Made by a program: the position numbers and the translations under genes
Shown: one piece after another, positions 34,682 through 45,343 of the stretch
Position numbering within the stretch: the first letter of the stretch is position 1
Layout: each line of letters begins with the position of its first letter
DNA from: an uncultured delta proteobacterium
GTDB lineage: Bacteria > Desulfobacterota > BSN033 > UBA1163
DNA: 64,000 nucleotides
Direction: 5' to 3'
Assembly (NCBI GenBank): GCA_963828805.1
Contig: CAWHGS010000011.1
Coordinates: forward strand, 22,212-86,211
The notes under the pieces: generated by a model
Database searches by the model: none
Told to the model about the DNA's origin: nothing
Seen by the model: the letters and a program-made list of their open reading frames with translations, nothing else

Positions 34682-34999
34682 AACCCGATCCATGAACCGT
34701 GCCCTCCTCCTTCCCCTGCGATACCCCATCAGGCCGTCTGCTCCCCTTCCCATGGTAAAGCCGACCTTGGAACGTTTTTCTCGCACGATTCTCACATGAA
34801 CCCTTCTCCGTTCGTCCTGAGCCTGTCGAAGGATGAACGGTTCGCTCCGGACATGCTTGTCGAACCATGAATGGCGCACCTCGGCCGGCTCCGTGGGAGC
34901 GGTCATTTTATTAACTGATCCATGCGCAGTCCCTTCATGCTCCACCCTTGTCCTGTTCCCTGTTCAGAAAAATACATCGCTTTTCACGGGGAATTTCTC

Positions 35000-35027
35000 T
35001 TGACAAGATTTTATGAGCTTGTATAAT
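35000..35027 (+). promoter_or_regulatory. Near-consensus sigma70 promoter: TTGACA, 16-bp spacer, TATAAT
   Basis: Read directly: cTTGACAagattttatgagcttgTATAATtacc; about 220 nt upstream of the tetR start. Confidence 0.5.
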
Positions 35028-35248
35028 TACCGGTAGGTAAGTCAATTAGGACGTTGCTGAAAAAGTGAATTTCTCAGACTGCTCAAAAATGGCCAGATGC
35101 AAGGCTCCCGAAATCCTGAGAAGTGAGGCGTACTTGGACGTACGCCGCAATAAGCCTGCCCCGTGCTTGACACGGGGAAGGATGAGGGAAATCCGCAAAG
35201 CGCGGGACTGATGGGCGTTTTTCAGCAGCCTGATAGGGAACCAAGGAG

Positions 35249-35899
35249 GTGGCTTCAATGATGGCAAGAATCAAAGCGCCCCGCCTGATGCCTGAGGGTG
35301 ACGTCCGTGAACGGCTCCTCGATGTGGCCACGGAACTCTTCGCCCGCAAGGGATATGCGGCTTCGACGACCCGGGAGATCGTGGCTGCGGCACGGGTGAC
35401 CAAACCGGTCCTCTATTACTACTTCAAAAACAAGGAAGGGATCTACCTTGAGCTGATCGAGAGGGCTTTTAAGCGGTTTGAAGCCGTCGTGGATGCCTCC
35501 ATCACCGGATCGGGAAGCATCGAGCAGAGACTGAGGCGCCTCTGTGATCAGGTCTTCGGCCTGGTCGTGGAGAAGATTGAGGTGGTGCGGCTGATGTACT
35601 CCATTTATTATGGCCCTCCCCAGGGAGCGCCTCACTTTGACTTTGATGCCGTTCACCGCAAGCTTTTTGAAGCCATCAAACAGGTTGTTTCGGAGGGGAT
35701 TCAAAGCAAGGAGTTGCGGAAGGGTCATGCGGAGGATATCGCCTGGGCCATTCTTGGAGCCATTCATGTCACCATGGAAAATGAGCTCTCCCACCCGGAA
35801 CGGGAGCTCGGGCATGAGGGATTGAAGCGGATTCTCGGTCACATCTTTCAAGGGATTTCGTTACAGAAAGGGAGACAGCACGGGGGAGAACAAAAATGA
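35249..35899 (+). CDS. TetR/AcrR family transcriptional regulator
   Basis: N-terminal HTH RERLLDVATELFARKGYAASTTREIVAAARVTKPVLYYYFKNKEGI; RBS ggaggtg. Confidence 0.85.
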   Translation: MASMMARIKAPRLMPEGDVRERLLDVATELFARKGYAASTTREIVAAARVTKPVLYYYFKNKEGIYLELIERAFKRFEAVVDASITGSGSIEQRLRRLCDQVFGLVVEKIEVVRLMYSIYYGPPQGAPHFDFDAVHRKLFEAIKQVVSEGIQSKELRKGHAEDIAWAILGAIHVTMENELSHPERELGHEGLKRILGHIFQGISLQKGRQHGGEQK

Positions 35900-37060
35900 T
35901 ACGGAGCGTGGCATGGGGAGCGTGGGTGCTCGCGATTTGGCTTGCTTCCACAGGGTGTTCAAAGTCTGGAGGAGACCAGAAACCTGAGGATAGGGCCGCG
36001 GGAAAACCCCCGGTCGCGGTGGAAGTGACAAAAGTCTCCACTGCGGACTTCACGGAGGGGGTTGACGTCGTGGGATCCCTCACCGCTAAGTTCGGCGCGG
36101 ATGTGAAATCGGAATACGCCGGGATCGTAACCGACGTTTATGTGACCGAATGGGTCAGGGTGAAAAAAGGGACGCCCCTTGCCAGAATTGATACCCGGGA
36201 AATGGAGATTCTTTCTCAGAAGGCAAAGGCGGCCGTGGAGATGGCCAAGGCCGGCCTCCTTCAGGCGGAGGTGGCCAGGAAACGGGCGAATCGTGAATAT
36301 GACCGTCTCTTAAAATTAAAGGAGGTGGGCCTGGTCACTCAGCAGAATCTGGACGAGGGGGAGACCGACAAGGAGGCCACCGCAGCCCGGATCGAAGCGG
36401 CGAAGGCTCAGTTGAAGGCCGCGGAGGAGGATTTTCAGCATACCCAGACCCGGCTCTCCAAGACCACCATCTCGCTCCCCGACGGATGGGATCATTTCAT
36501 CCCGCGGCGTCAATGTGGGCGACCTGGTGGGTGAAATGGGGTCACCGAAGATCATGTTCCGCATCATCGATCCCAGGATTTTGGAACTGACGGTCACCGT
36601 CCCCTCTGCCGAAATGGGTGCGGTGCACGTGGGTCAATCCCTCACCTTTTCAACCGATGCCCTTCCGGGGAGAACCTTTTCAGGAAAGGTGATGTTCATC
36701 AACCCCATCGTCAATGAAGCGGATCGGTCGGTCAGGGTGATTGCGGAAGTCGATAATAGCTCGGAACAACTCAAAGCCGGTCTCTATGCCAAAGGACGGA
36801 TCCTCACAGGAAAGCGGACAGGGGTTCTCAGAGTCCCGAGGGTTGCCCTTGTCTCCTGGGATGTCATTGAAAAAAAGGGGGACGTCTTTGTCGCGGAAGG
36901 AGAGACCGTAAAGCGTCGAACCGTCCGGACGGGAAGCGTGATGGGAGATTTTGTCGAGGTCACCTCAGGCCTGGGACCAGGGGGACCAGGTCGTCATCCG
37001 TGGCGGCTTTAACCTCAAGGAAGGAGATCGGGTCAACATCCTTCAAGGCGGCAGAGGTTA
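35896..37060 (+). CDS. RND efflux periplasmic adaptor (membrane fusion protein), one frameshift near 36500
   Basis: Lipoprotein-like N-terminus LASTGCSK, coiled-coil hairpin, beta-barrel and MP domain motifs across ORFs 35896..36534 and 36515..37012. Confidence 0.8.
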
Positions 37061-37065
37061 AAGCC

Positions 37066-40000
37066 ATGCTCCTTTCCGACCTTTCCATCAAACGACCGAT
37101 TTTTGCGACCGTGATGATGCTCGTCCTCGTCACGCTGGGTCTCTTTTCATACAGGCGTCTGGCGATTGACGAGTACCCGGATGTTGAAATGCCCATCCTT
37201 TCGATCGTGACCAAGTACCCGGGGGCCTCTCCCGAGACGGTGGAAAGAGAAGTCAGCAAACGGATCGAAGAGGCCGTCAATCCGATCGCAGGCGTGAAAC
37301 ACGTCATCTCAGCCTCCCGGGAGAGTGTCTCTACCGTTACCGTCGAGTTTAACCTGGAGGTAAAAATCAATGAGAGCCTCCCAGGAGGCCCGTGCAAAGA
37401 TCAATGCCATCCGGGGCGATCTTCCCCAGGGGATCGAAGAACCGATCATCCAGAAACTCGACATTGCGGCCATGCCGATCGTTTCCCTGGCCGTCCGTTC
37501 GGAAACGATGTCTCCCAAGGATTTGACCACCCTCGTCGAGAAAAAGATCCGGAGGCGATTCGAGAACATCCCGGGCGTGGGGAAGGTTGATCTGATCGGC
37601 GAGTCGAAGCGGGAGGTCAACGTCAACATCAACCCCACCCGTTTAGAGGCCCTCGGCATGGGCGTGGACGAGGTGATCGCAGGCCTCCAGTCGGAAAACG
37701 TCAACACCCCCCTGGGCCGGCTCAACCGGAACGGCGCCGAATACCCCATCCGCATCTCGGGGAAACCGGAGGTGGTCGAGCGGTTCAAGACCATGGTCAT
37801 CGGCCAGCGCAACGGCAGGCCCATCCTGCTCTCCGAGGTGGCCGAGGTCCGGGACGGCATCGAGGAACAGCGGTCCCTGGCCCTGATTAACGGGATCCCT
37901 GCGGTTTCCCTCGATATCCTCAAGCAGTCCGGAGCCAATACCGTTGGAGTGGTGGCTGCGGTAAAAAGGGAAATCAAAAGACTTCAACCCGAACTTCCAC
38001 AGGGGACGACGATCGAGATGGTTCGGGACGGGTCGATCATGATCCAGGATTCGGTCAGGGATGTTCAGGAGACCATGCTCCTCGGTGGACTCTTGACGGT
38101 CTTCATCGTCTTTCTCTTCCTCAATTCCTGGCGTTCCACCGTCATCACCGGATTGACCCTTCCCATCTCGGTCATCTCTTCTTTCATCGTCATGTATTTC
38201 CTGGGGATGACACTGAATGTGCTGACCCTGATGGGCCTCTCTCTGGCCATTGGAATGTTGATCGATGACGCCATCGTCGTCCGGGAGAATATCGTCCGGC
38301 ACCTTGAGCACGGCAAGGACCATTTTCAGGCAGCGAGGGAAGGGACCAGCGAGATCGGCCTGGCTGTGCTGGCCACCACGCTCTCCATCGTGGCCGTCTT
38401 CGTTCCCGTGGCCTTCATGAAAGGGATCGTGGGACGGTTCTTCTTCCAATTCGGGATCACCGTCGCTTTTGCCGTCATCGTTTCTCTCTTTGTCTCCTTC
38501 ACCCTGGACCCGATGCTTTCCTCCCGATGGGTCGATCCGGACATCGAGCGGAAAGGGAAGAGGCATCTCGTTGCCCGAATCCTTGACCGGTTCAATGATG
38601 GGTTCAACCGGACAGCCGATCAGTATCGTTTTGTCATTGCCTGGACCCTGAGGCACCGTATGGTCGTCCTGTTCATTTCTGTGCTTGCCTTTTCAGGGGG
38701 TCTCTTTGTCTTTTCCTCCCTTCAGAGCGAATTTTTCCCTGAGTACGACAAGGGGGAGTTTCAGATCAGCTTCACAACCGCCCCGGACGCATCGATCGAT
38801 GAAACCCGGGGAAGGGTCCGTGCAGTGCTCGAAGGGGTAAAGGGAATTCCTGAGGTGAAGCATACCTATGCGACCATCGGGGCAGGAGATACAGGAACGG
38901 TCCGGGATGCCAAGGTTTACGTGAAACTGGCGGAGCGGAAGGACCGGAAACGCCAACAGAAAGACGTCCAGAAAGACGTTCGTCACCAGCTTCTTAAGAT
39001 ACCGGGCATTCTTCCCTCGATCGGAGAGGCAGGCGGGATTGACACACGAAAACCGCTCCTGGTCAACATCAGAGGAGACGACATCGCCCTCCTCAAAAAA
39101 TATGCGGCCGAGCTCAAAGAGAAAATCTATCAGATCCCCGGGATCGTTGATCTCGAAGTCACCCTGGAACAGGACATCCCGGAGTTCCGTCTCACCGTGG
39201 ACCGGGAAAGGGCCGTTGACACGGGGGTCATGACGGCGAACATTGTCCGCACGGTCGGTGCGCTGGTGGGTGGACAGGCTGTCTCGACCTATGAGGATGA
39301 AGACGGGGATGCGGTCGAATGTCCGGGTCCGTCTGCCGCTGGGTCTCCGGCAGGACCCCTCCCAGGTTGAAAAACTCAGGCTGGCCGTATCCAAATCAGG
39401 AGCCACCCCTACCCTGGTTCCACTGAGAGAACTGGTCACTTACACGATGCAGCCCACACCCTCGGAGATCGACCGTCAGGACCTCACCCGGCAGGTGGTG
39501 ATCTCCGCCAACCTGCAGGGGATCCCGCTGGGAACGGCGATGAAGCAGATTGAAAAGGCAGCCTCCCGGATCCAGATGGCGCCCGGATACCGCGTGATCT
39601 ATTCGGGCCAGGCAGAAACCATGGTGGAGTCTTTCGGTTACATGGCCGAAGCCCTGATCCTGGCCGTCATCTTCGTCTATCTCATCCTGGCTGCCCAGTT
39701 CGAGTCCTTCATCGATCCCCTCTCGATCATGCTTTCCTTGCCTCTCTCCCTTCTGGGAATGGCAAGCATGCTCTTAGTGACAGGGGATACGATCAACATC
39801 ATGTCGCTCATCGGACTCATCATGCTGATGGGTCTTGTCACCAAGAATGCGATTCTGCTCGTCGATTTTGCCAAGGTCCTGCGGAGCCGGGGAGTCGATA
39901 AGACAGAGGCGATCATCACCGCGGGTCGAACCAGGCTCCGGCCCATCATGATGACAACCCTGGCCATGATCTTTGGGATGCTGCCTCTCGCCTTTGCCCT

Positions 40001-40163
40001 GGGAGCAGGAGCAGAAATGCGGGCGCCCATGGCCCGTGCGGTCATTGGAGGGTTGATCACATCGACCTTCCTCACTCTTTTGATCGTTCCCGTCATGTAT
40101 TCCGTGCTGGATGACCTGGGCGCGTGGATGGGAAGACGCTGGAAAGGGAAAAAGGAGAATTAA
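37066..40163 (+). CDS. RND family efflux permease (AcrB/HAE1-like), 3 fragments
   Basis: [22 protein letters not shown] start; 12-TM AcrB architecture across ORFs 37000..37590, 37370..39370, 39243..40163. Confidence 0.9.
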
Positions 40164-41581
40164 GAGATGGTTCGGACTCGTCTGATATTGGAATAGAAAG
40201 AGGGTTGGATAGGGTTCCAGGCTTTAGACACCGGTTGTTTGCCTTTCCCCTTATTCTAAGCCTGAGCCTGAGTCTTTTTCTTTCTGGAGCCGCATGGGGT
40301 GAGGGAAAAGGGGTTCAGGTCCTCACCCTTCAGGAGGCCCTTCAGATCACGGCGGAAAAGAATAAAGACATTCAGAAGGCCCGGGAATACCGAACCTGGG
40401 TGGAAGCGCGCTATGTCGAGGAACGGGCCATCGCCCTGCCCCAGATTTCGATCACCGCAAGCGGGAACTTCAGCAAGGATTATAGTTTCAAGGCTTACGG
40501 CAACATCTTTCCGGTTCAACAGAATAGCCTGGCCGGTGGCGTGGGACTCTCCCAGCCCATTTTCACATGGGGACAGATCGGAGCCTCCATCCGCGCGGCA
40601 AAAGTGGGGTTGACGACGGCGGAGGACCAGCTTCGGATCTACCGCCAGGCTGCTTTTCGGGATGTCACGGCTTCGTTTTATGACATCTTGCTTGCAAGGA
40701 CCTTGAACGACATTGCACTCCAGAACCTGGAGCAGAAGAACCGCCACTCTGATGAAGCCCAGAAAAAATATTCAGCCGGGGTTGCCACAGACTACGATGT
40801 TCTGGCTGGAAAGGTCGATGTTGAAAACGCGAGACCTGCAGTCATCCGAACCGAAAATCTCATCCAAACCGCCCGGGAGAGATTTCGCTTTCTCCTGGGG
40901 ATTGGTGAACAGGAAGTGGATGCCCATGGCCATCTGGAGACCACGGTCGCAGAGTATCCCAGATATGAAGAAGCCCTCGATGCTGCCTGGAAGAAGAGGC
41001 CGGAGCTTTCCGATCTTCATCACCGGATCGAAATCGGAAAAGAACTCGTCAAGATTGCCAATGCAGGAGACAAGCCCCGGATTGACTTCAGGGGAGGGTA
41101 TGGATGGCGCTACCTCGACGTCGGGCCGGATAATCAGGCGGATGGTCCGAACTGGAGCGCAGGACTGTTTCTCAACTTTCCCATCTTTGACGGCCTCCGC
41201 ACTCGCGGAAAGGTGGCTGCAGCGAAAAGCGATCTCTCCACCCTCAGGATTGAAGAAGCCAAATTACGGGACTCCATCTCTGTCCAGGTCCGCGATGCGT
41301 GCAATGCCGTAAGAGAGTCTGGAGAGATCGTCAAGGCCCTCTCCGGGACAGTGGCCCGGGCGGAACGCCTTCTCTTCATGGCTGAGAAGGGATACGAGTA
41401 TGGGGTCAAGACACGACTCGACGTGGATGATGCACAGACCAGTCTCGTTCAGGCAAGAGGAAATCTGGCCCAGGCGAAAAGGGACTACATGGTAGCCCTC
41501 GTCAATCTGGAATGGGTCAAGGGAACGCTTGGAGAAAACAGAGAGGTTCAAAGTTCCATGCTTAAAATTAATAATAAATAG
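40124..41581 (+). CDS. TolC-family outer membrane efflux protein (true start probably an alternative codon near 40203)
   Basis: Signal peptide FAFPLILSLSLSLFLSGAAWG; two-repeat TolC/OprM architecture; overlaps the end of the RND gene if started at 40124. Confidence 0.8.
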   Translation: MDGKTLEREKGELRDGSDSSDIGIERGLDRVPGFRHRLFAFPLILSLSLSLFLSGAAWGEGKGVQVLTLQEALQITAEKNKDIQKAREYRTWVEARYVEERAIALPQISITASGNFSKDYSFKAYGNIFPVQQNSLAGGVGLSQPIFTWGQIGASIRAAKVGLTTAEDQLRIYRQAAFRDVTASFYDILLARTLNDIALQNLEQKNRHSDEAQKKYSAGVATDYDVLAGKVDVENARPAVIRTENLIQTARERFRFLLGIGEQEVDAHGHLETTVAEYPRYEEALDAAWKKRPELSDLHHRIEIGKELVKIANAGDKPRIDFRGGYGWRYLDVGPDNQADGPNWSAGLFLNFPIFDGLRTRGKVAAAKSDLSTLRIEEAKLRDSISVQVRDACNAVRESGEIVKALSGTVARAERLLFMAEKGYEYGVKTRLDVDDAQTSLVQARGNLAQAKRDYMVALVNLEWVKGTLGENREVQSSMLKINNK

Positions 41582-41616
41582 TGTCCTTCCATAAATTGCC
41601 TGATTTAGAGAAAGAT

Positions 41617-41735
41617 GTCATTCCGGCGAAAGCCGGAATCCAGGGTTCCCGGTGAAAACCGGGATCCAATTTTTGAAATGGTTCCCGACTTTTATCGGGA
41701 CGACGTCTGGATGCCCCCGTATCAGAGTACGGGGC
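41617..41735. repeat. Array of four tandem GC-stem hairpins (REP-like), two with GAAA tetraloops
   Basis: attccggc-gaaa-gccggaat; tcccggt-gaaa-accggga; tcccga-ctttta-tcggga; ccccgta-tcagag-tacgggg, read directly. Confidence 0.55.
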
Positions 41736-41901
41736 AGGCTCCTCAAGTCCGGCATGACGAAATAACGGACTTTATCAACAGACTCTAAATAATGAAGTGT
41801 CCATTCCAGCCCGCCCTTCCCCTGCAATTCTTCATTGACAGATTCAGCCAAAAGATGTAGGGTCAGTAATCATATTCCAAAAATAGGGAGGAGAAAAGAA
41901 C

Positions 41902-43098
41902 ATGCTGAAAAAATTGGCTATCCTCTTTCTGTTACTGTCCTGTTTCTCGTGCGCATCTCCTCCCAAGCCTGCGCCTCCTGAACCCCCTCCGGCGCCTCCC
42001 CCTCCCAGGGCGAAAGTGGATACTGAGTTTGCTTTAATGGGATATCACTCCGGGGCGGAACTGAAAGACCTGACGGAAGACCTCCTGGCAAAAAAGAAAG
42101 CGGTTTATTCAGCTCTAAAAAGATTGAGCAGCAAACACAATGTGGTCATTGTCTATGACGCTTCCGGCAGCATGACTGCGAAATTGCCCGGGATGAGCCT
42201 GAAGCGGTATGAAGCGGCCTATGAAGGATTAAGAAAGATAGGGAATCTATTCAGCAGCGATGACAATGTTTGGCTGATCGTGTTTGGCAGCAGGAAACCC
42301 TTTGGAATCATCCAGGATGGGAGTCTTTACAGAAAAGATTACATCCGGGCGGTCGAAGCGGGCAATGACGTTGAAATCGTCTTCAGTTCAAAAGACAAAG
42401 GATTCGATGAGAAAGCGTTTCTTGCCTCCATCAAATATCTCGAATCGGAGAAGGCCTATATTGGCGATACACCCATCGGATACTCGATCCTCAAAGCCCA
42501 GGGAATCCTTAAAGGGCTTCCCAATGCCAAGGTGATCCTCATCAGTGACGGGGAGGAGACAGGACCTCTCCTGGCAGAAAATATCTCAAAGTCCAAGCCC
42601 TGGGAGCAGAGAATCAGGGCAAAGTATCCCCATCTCGATGAAATCACCCTATCGGCAGAAGAAGCGATCAACCGTCTGGTCGGCGATGGCGCCTCATTTA
42701 ACCCGATCATCTATGGCGTTACGGACCAGGGGACAGGAAGCGCCACCGACGAGCGAAAAGTTCAGAGCATCAGGGGCTTCTACCAGAAGATGGCGTCGGC
42801 AAGCGAGAGTGTTTACCTTGAGGCGGTGACTCCCCTCGAACTTCTCAATGCCTTTATGGACGCTGAAATGATGTCCATTGCCTATGCGCTTTATTCTGAG
42901 GAAGGCGAGAGAAAACGTGAACCCATGGCAAAGGGAAAGGTGGGGATTCCGATCACCGTCAAAGAAGGGAGATACCTTTTAAGAACAGACACGGAGCAGG
43001 TTTTTGAGTCGGGGGTTGAGGCGAAACCCGGTGAGAAGAATGTCTATGTCTTCGATGTCGATGATCAGGGAGGATTGAAGATTGTGCGGGCCAGGTGA
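41902..43098 (+). CDS. Lipoprotein with von Willebrand factor type A (vWA) domain
   Basis: Lipobox LLSCFSC; Pro-rich linker; MIDAS-like VVIVYDASGSM ... ILISDGEETG. Confidence 0.7.
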   Translation: MLKKLAILFLLLSCFSCASPPKPAPPEPPPAPPPPRAKVDTEFALMGYHSGAELKDLTEDLLAKKKAVYSALKRLSSKHNVVIVYDASGSMTAKLPGMSLKRYEAAYEGLRKIGNLFSSDDNVWLIVFGSRKPFGIIQDGSLYRKDYIRAVEAGNDVEIVFSSKDKGFDEKAFLASIKYLESEKAYIGDTPIGYSILKAQGILKGLPNAKVILISDGEETGPLLAENISKSKPWEQRIRAKYPHLDEITLSAEEAINRLVGDGASFNPIIYGVTDQGTGSATDERKVQSIRGFYQKMASASESVYLEAVTPLELLNAFMDAEMMSIAYALYSEEGERKREPMAKGKVGIPITVKEGRYLLRTDTEQVFESGVEAKPGEKNVYVFDVDDQGGLKIVRAR

Positions 43099-43120
43099 AT
43101 GATAGCTGTTAGCTATGCGT

Positions 43121-43151
43121 AACAAAAGGCAGGACCATTTCTGATCCTGCC
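43121..43151. terminator. Hairpin terminator between convergent vWA gene and beta-propeller gene
   Basis: ggcagga-ccatttctga-tcctgcc; minus-strand reading is followed by ttttgtt. Confidence 0.45.
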
Positions 43152-43197
43152 CCGCCTCTTTGCCAATTATATTTGGCATGCTTCTGGTATTTGAAAA

Positions 43198-45036
43198 CTA
43201 CTTACTCTCATTCACGGTAAATGTCTTTTTCTTCGTTGCGTCCTGAGCAAGAGAAACATCGATCTTTCCCGTTCTGTTCTTGCCGGTACTGTTCGCATCC
43301 ATGTGAAACGTCGCTGTGCCGTTACCTGTTCCTGTCGTTGTATCCAGGTGAATCCAGCCCGATGTGGTCGCCACATTCCAACAGCAATCCCGAGGGCTGA
43401 CCGTTATATCGAAGCTTCCGCCTGCCACCTGTACTGGGATACTTTCCCGAGGAGGGCTCAGGGCCGTCAGCTGACATTTCGCCCCGTCCTCTTTAATAGT
43501 TAAAGTCTGACCGCCAATCGAGACAATCCCTGTTCTGCTATGGGACATTGGGTTCTTCTGAACGGCGAGCTTTACCGTCCCCTTATTCGCCTTCCAAGTC
43601 GGTGTTCCCGAGACGGAAATCCATTCCACATCTTCAGCTACGAGTGGAGCAGGACAGTTCGCCTGTCCTGTAGCACTCACGTTGACGGATAAGTTTCCTC
43701 CATTTGCGTTGAAAGTCTTATTCGTCGGGGAAATCGTGTACGCACAACTCTCCGAGAGAGCGAAAGAAGCTTCTATGGTCGTGTTACTATTTAGAGTTAT
43801 TGTGCAAGGATCTGTTCCGGAGCATCCGCCGCCGGACCAACCGGTAAATGTCGATGCGGCATCTGCAGAAGCCGTGAGGGTGACAATGGTGCCATCTGCA
43901 AAGTTTGCTTTGCATTCGGAGCCACAGTTGATCCCCGGCGGATTGCTTGTGACGGTCCCATTCCCCGTACCTGATTTGGTGACATGAAGGGTTGGGGGGC
44001 CTCCGGAAGAAGTAAGCTTGAAGACGCCGCCCCCATCAGTCCCTGCGTAGATGATGTCTGGGTTTGAGGGGTCAATAGCCAGGGAGGTAACGTGGGTATT
44101 GGTCAAGCCGCTGTTGATGACACTCCAGTTTTCACCCCCATCAGTGCTCTCAAAAACACCGCCATCGGTCCCTGCATAAATGGTGCTGGGGTCTGAGGGG
44201 TTAATGGCAAGAACAGTAATATGCGTATTAGCCAGGCCGCTGCTCTTCCAGCTTTCCCCCCCATCCTTGCTCTTGAATACACCGGTATCAGTCCCTGCAT
44301 AGATGATGTTAGTGTTCAAGCGGTCAATGACCAAGGCAAAAACGTTGAGGCTGAGGCCAGACAAACCGCTAGGCATTTGCGTGAAATTGTTTGTCCCGTC
44401 CGTGCTCTTGTACACACCCCCGCCATAGGTGCCTAGATAGACGGTGTCGGAGTTTGAGGGATCGACGGCGATGGCGTCGACAAATGTATTATTCAGGAAA
44501 TCGTACCTGTCATAGAGGTTGCCCCCGATGTACGTAACAAAGTGTGAGTGCACTCTGGTCGTACACGTACAAGAGTAATAAACGGCACTCGATCTGGGAT
44601 CTACGGCCAGGGCATAATCGTCGCCAACCGAGCCCCCATAGATCACCCCAAGCGGGCCCATAGTCCAATGGGCTCCCTTGTCGGTACTGGAATATGATCC
44701 TCCAGGGGTGCTCGCATAGAGCTTGTCCGGTCTTGCAGGACTTATGGCCAGGAAATGAACGGTTAATCTGTCCAGGCCACTGACGCTCCAACTGCCTCCA
44801 CTATTCGTGCTCTTGAAGACACCGCCATCCCCACCTGCATAGACGATATTGGTGTCTGAGGGATCAATGGCGAGAGTATAGATTTTCCCTCCTTGAGGAC
44901 CTATGGCTACCCACGTCCCTGTGCCATCATCGGGGAGGGCTTCTATCGCTTCTTCAGTTTCATCACTCTCCGTTGCATTGATTGACATCGGAGCTAACAA
45001 CACCACCGCCAAGACAAAGATTAATAATTTTTTCAT
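43198..45036 (-). CDS. Secreted BNR/Ycf48-like beta-propeller repeat protein with C-terminal beta-sandwich (InlB-B-repeat-like and BACON-like) domains
   Basis: Signal peptide; about 8 repeats of IYAGTDGGVFKSTDGGxSW type; C-terminal TFTGWSGGGCSG...TITLNSNTTIEA and a ...GKNRTGKIDV-type module. Confidence 0.6.
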   Translation of the reverse strand: MKKLLIFVLAVVLLAPMSINATESDETEEAIEALPDDGTGTWVAIGPQGGKIYTLAIDPSDTNIVYAGGDGGVFKSTNSGGSWSVSGLDRLTVHFLAISPARPDKLYASTPGGSYSSTDKGAHWTMGPLGVIYGGSVGDDYALAVDPRSSAVYYSCTCTTRVHSHFVTYIGGNLYDRYDFLNNTFVDAIAVDPSNSDTVYLGTYGGGVYKSTDGTNNFTQMPSGLSGLSLNVFALVIDRLNTNIIYAGTDTGVFKSKDGGESWKSSGLANTHITVLAINPSDPSTIYAGTDGGVFESTDGGENWSVINSGLTNTHVTSLAIDPSNPDIIYAGTDGGGVFKLTSSGGPPTLHVTKSGTGNGTVTSNPPGINCGSECKANFADGTIVTLTASADAASTFTGWSGGGCSGTDPCTITLNSNTTIEASFALSESCAYTISPTNKTFNANGGNLSVNVSATGQANCPAPLVAEDVEWISVSGTPTWKANKGTVKLAVQKNPMSHSRTGIVSIGGQTLTIKEDGAKCQLTALSPPRESIPVQVAGGSFDITVSPRDCCWNVATTSGWIHLDTTTGTGNGTATFHMDANSTGKNRTGKIDVSLAQDATKKKTFTVNESK

Positions 45037-45253
45037 GACCCTTCCTCCTTTCCTTTCACGGTTGAACCTCCTTTCGGCAGCTCTCTAAGGCTGCTTCATT
45101 GTATGTTTGTTCCGTTTTCCTGAATAATAATCCTTCCTCTTCCCAATTCGATTGGCCCAGCGGACATCACCTCCTTTCAGGCCGACGGAAACGTTCTGCT
45201 TCTTCAGAGCTTCATTTTCAGATTGACGTTATTTTTAGCATATGATATGGTTT

Positions 45254-45281
45254 CTCACGGTTCACACCGTGAGGTTTTTTT
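45254..45281 (+). terminator. Intrinsic-terminator-like hairpin plus T8 in the 5' leader of the downstream gene
   Basis: ctcacgg-ttcaca-ccgtgag then gttttttt; preceded by promoter-like ttgacg...tatgatatgg. Confidence 0.4.
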
Positions 45282-45343
45282 CGTTCATTTTTAGGACTGA
45301 TAAAATTTCTTGTCCTTTTAATAAGTTATGATAAGATGAAGAA

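Noticed and set aside
34700-34990. Minus-strand ORFs 34452..34868 and 34610..34945
   Set aside because: Overlapping Arg/Gly-rich translations antisense to or downstream of real genes, with no motifs; the region is treated as intergenic or leader.
37643-38656. 337-aa minus-strand ORF
   Set aside because: Lies entirely inside the RND permease gene on the opposite strand; Asp/Gly/His-rich low-complexity translation with no motifs.
41617-41735. Possible CRISPR array of hairpins
   Set aside because: The hairpins differ from one another and are directly adjacent, without unique spacers of regular length.
41618-41851. 77-aa minus-strand ORF over the hairpin array
   Set aside because: The sequence is a set of palindromes, and any ORF through palindromic repeats is spurious; there is no RBS.
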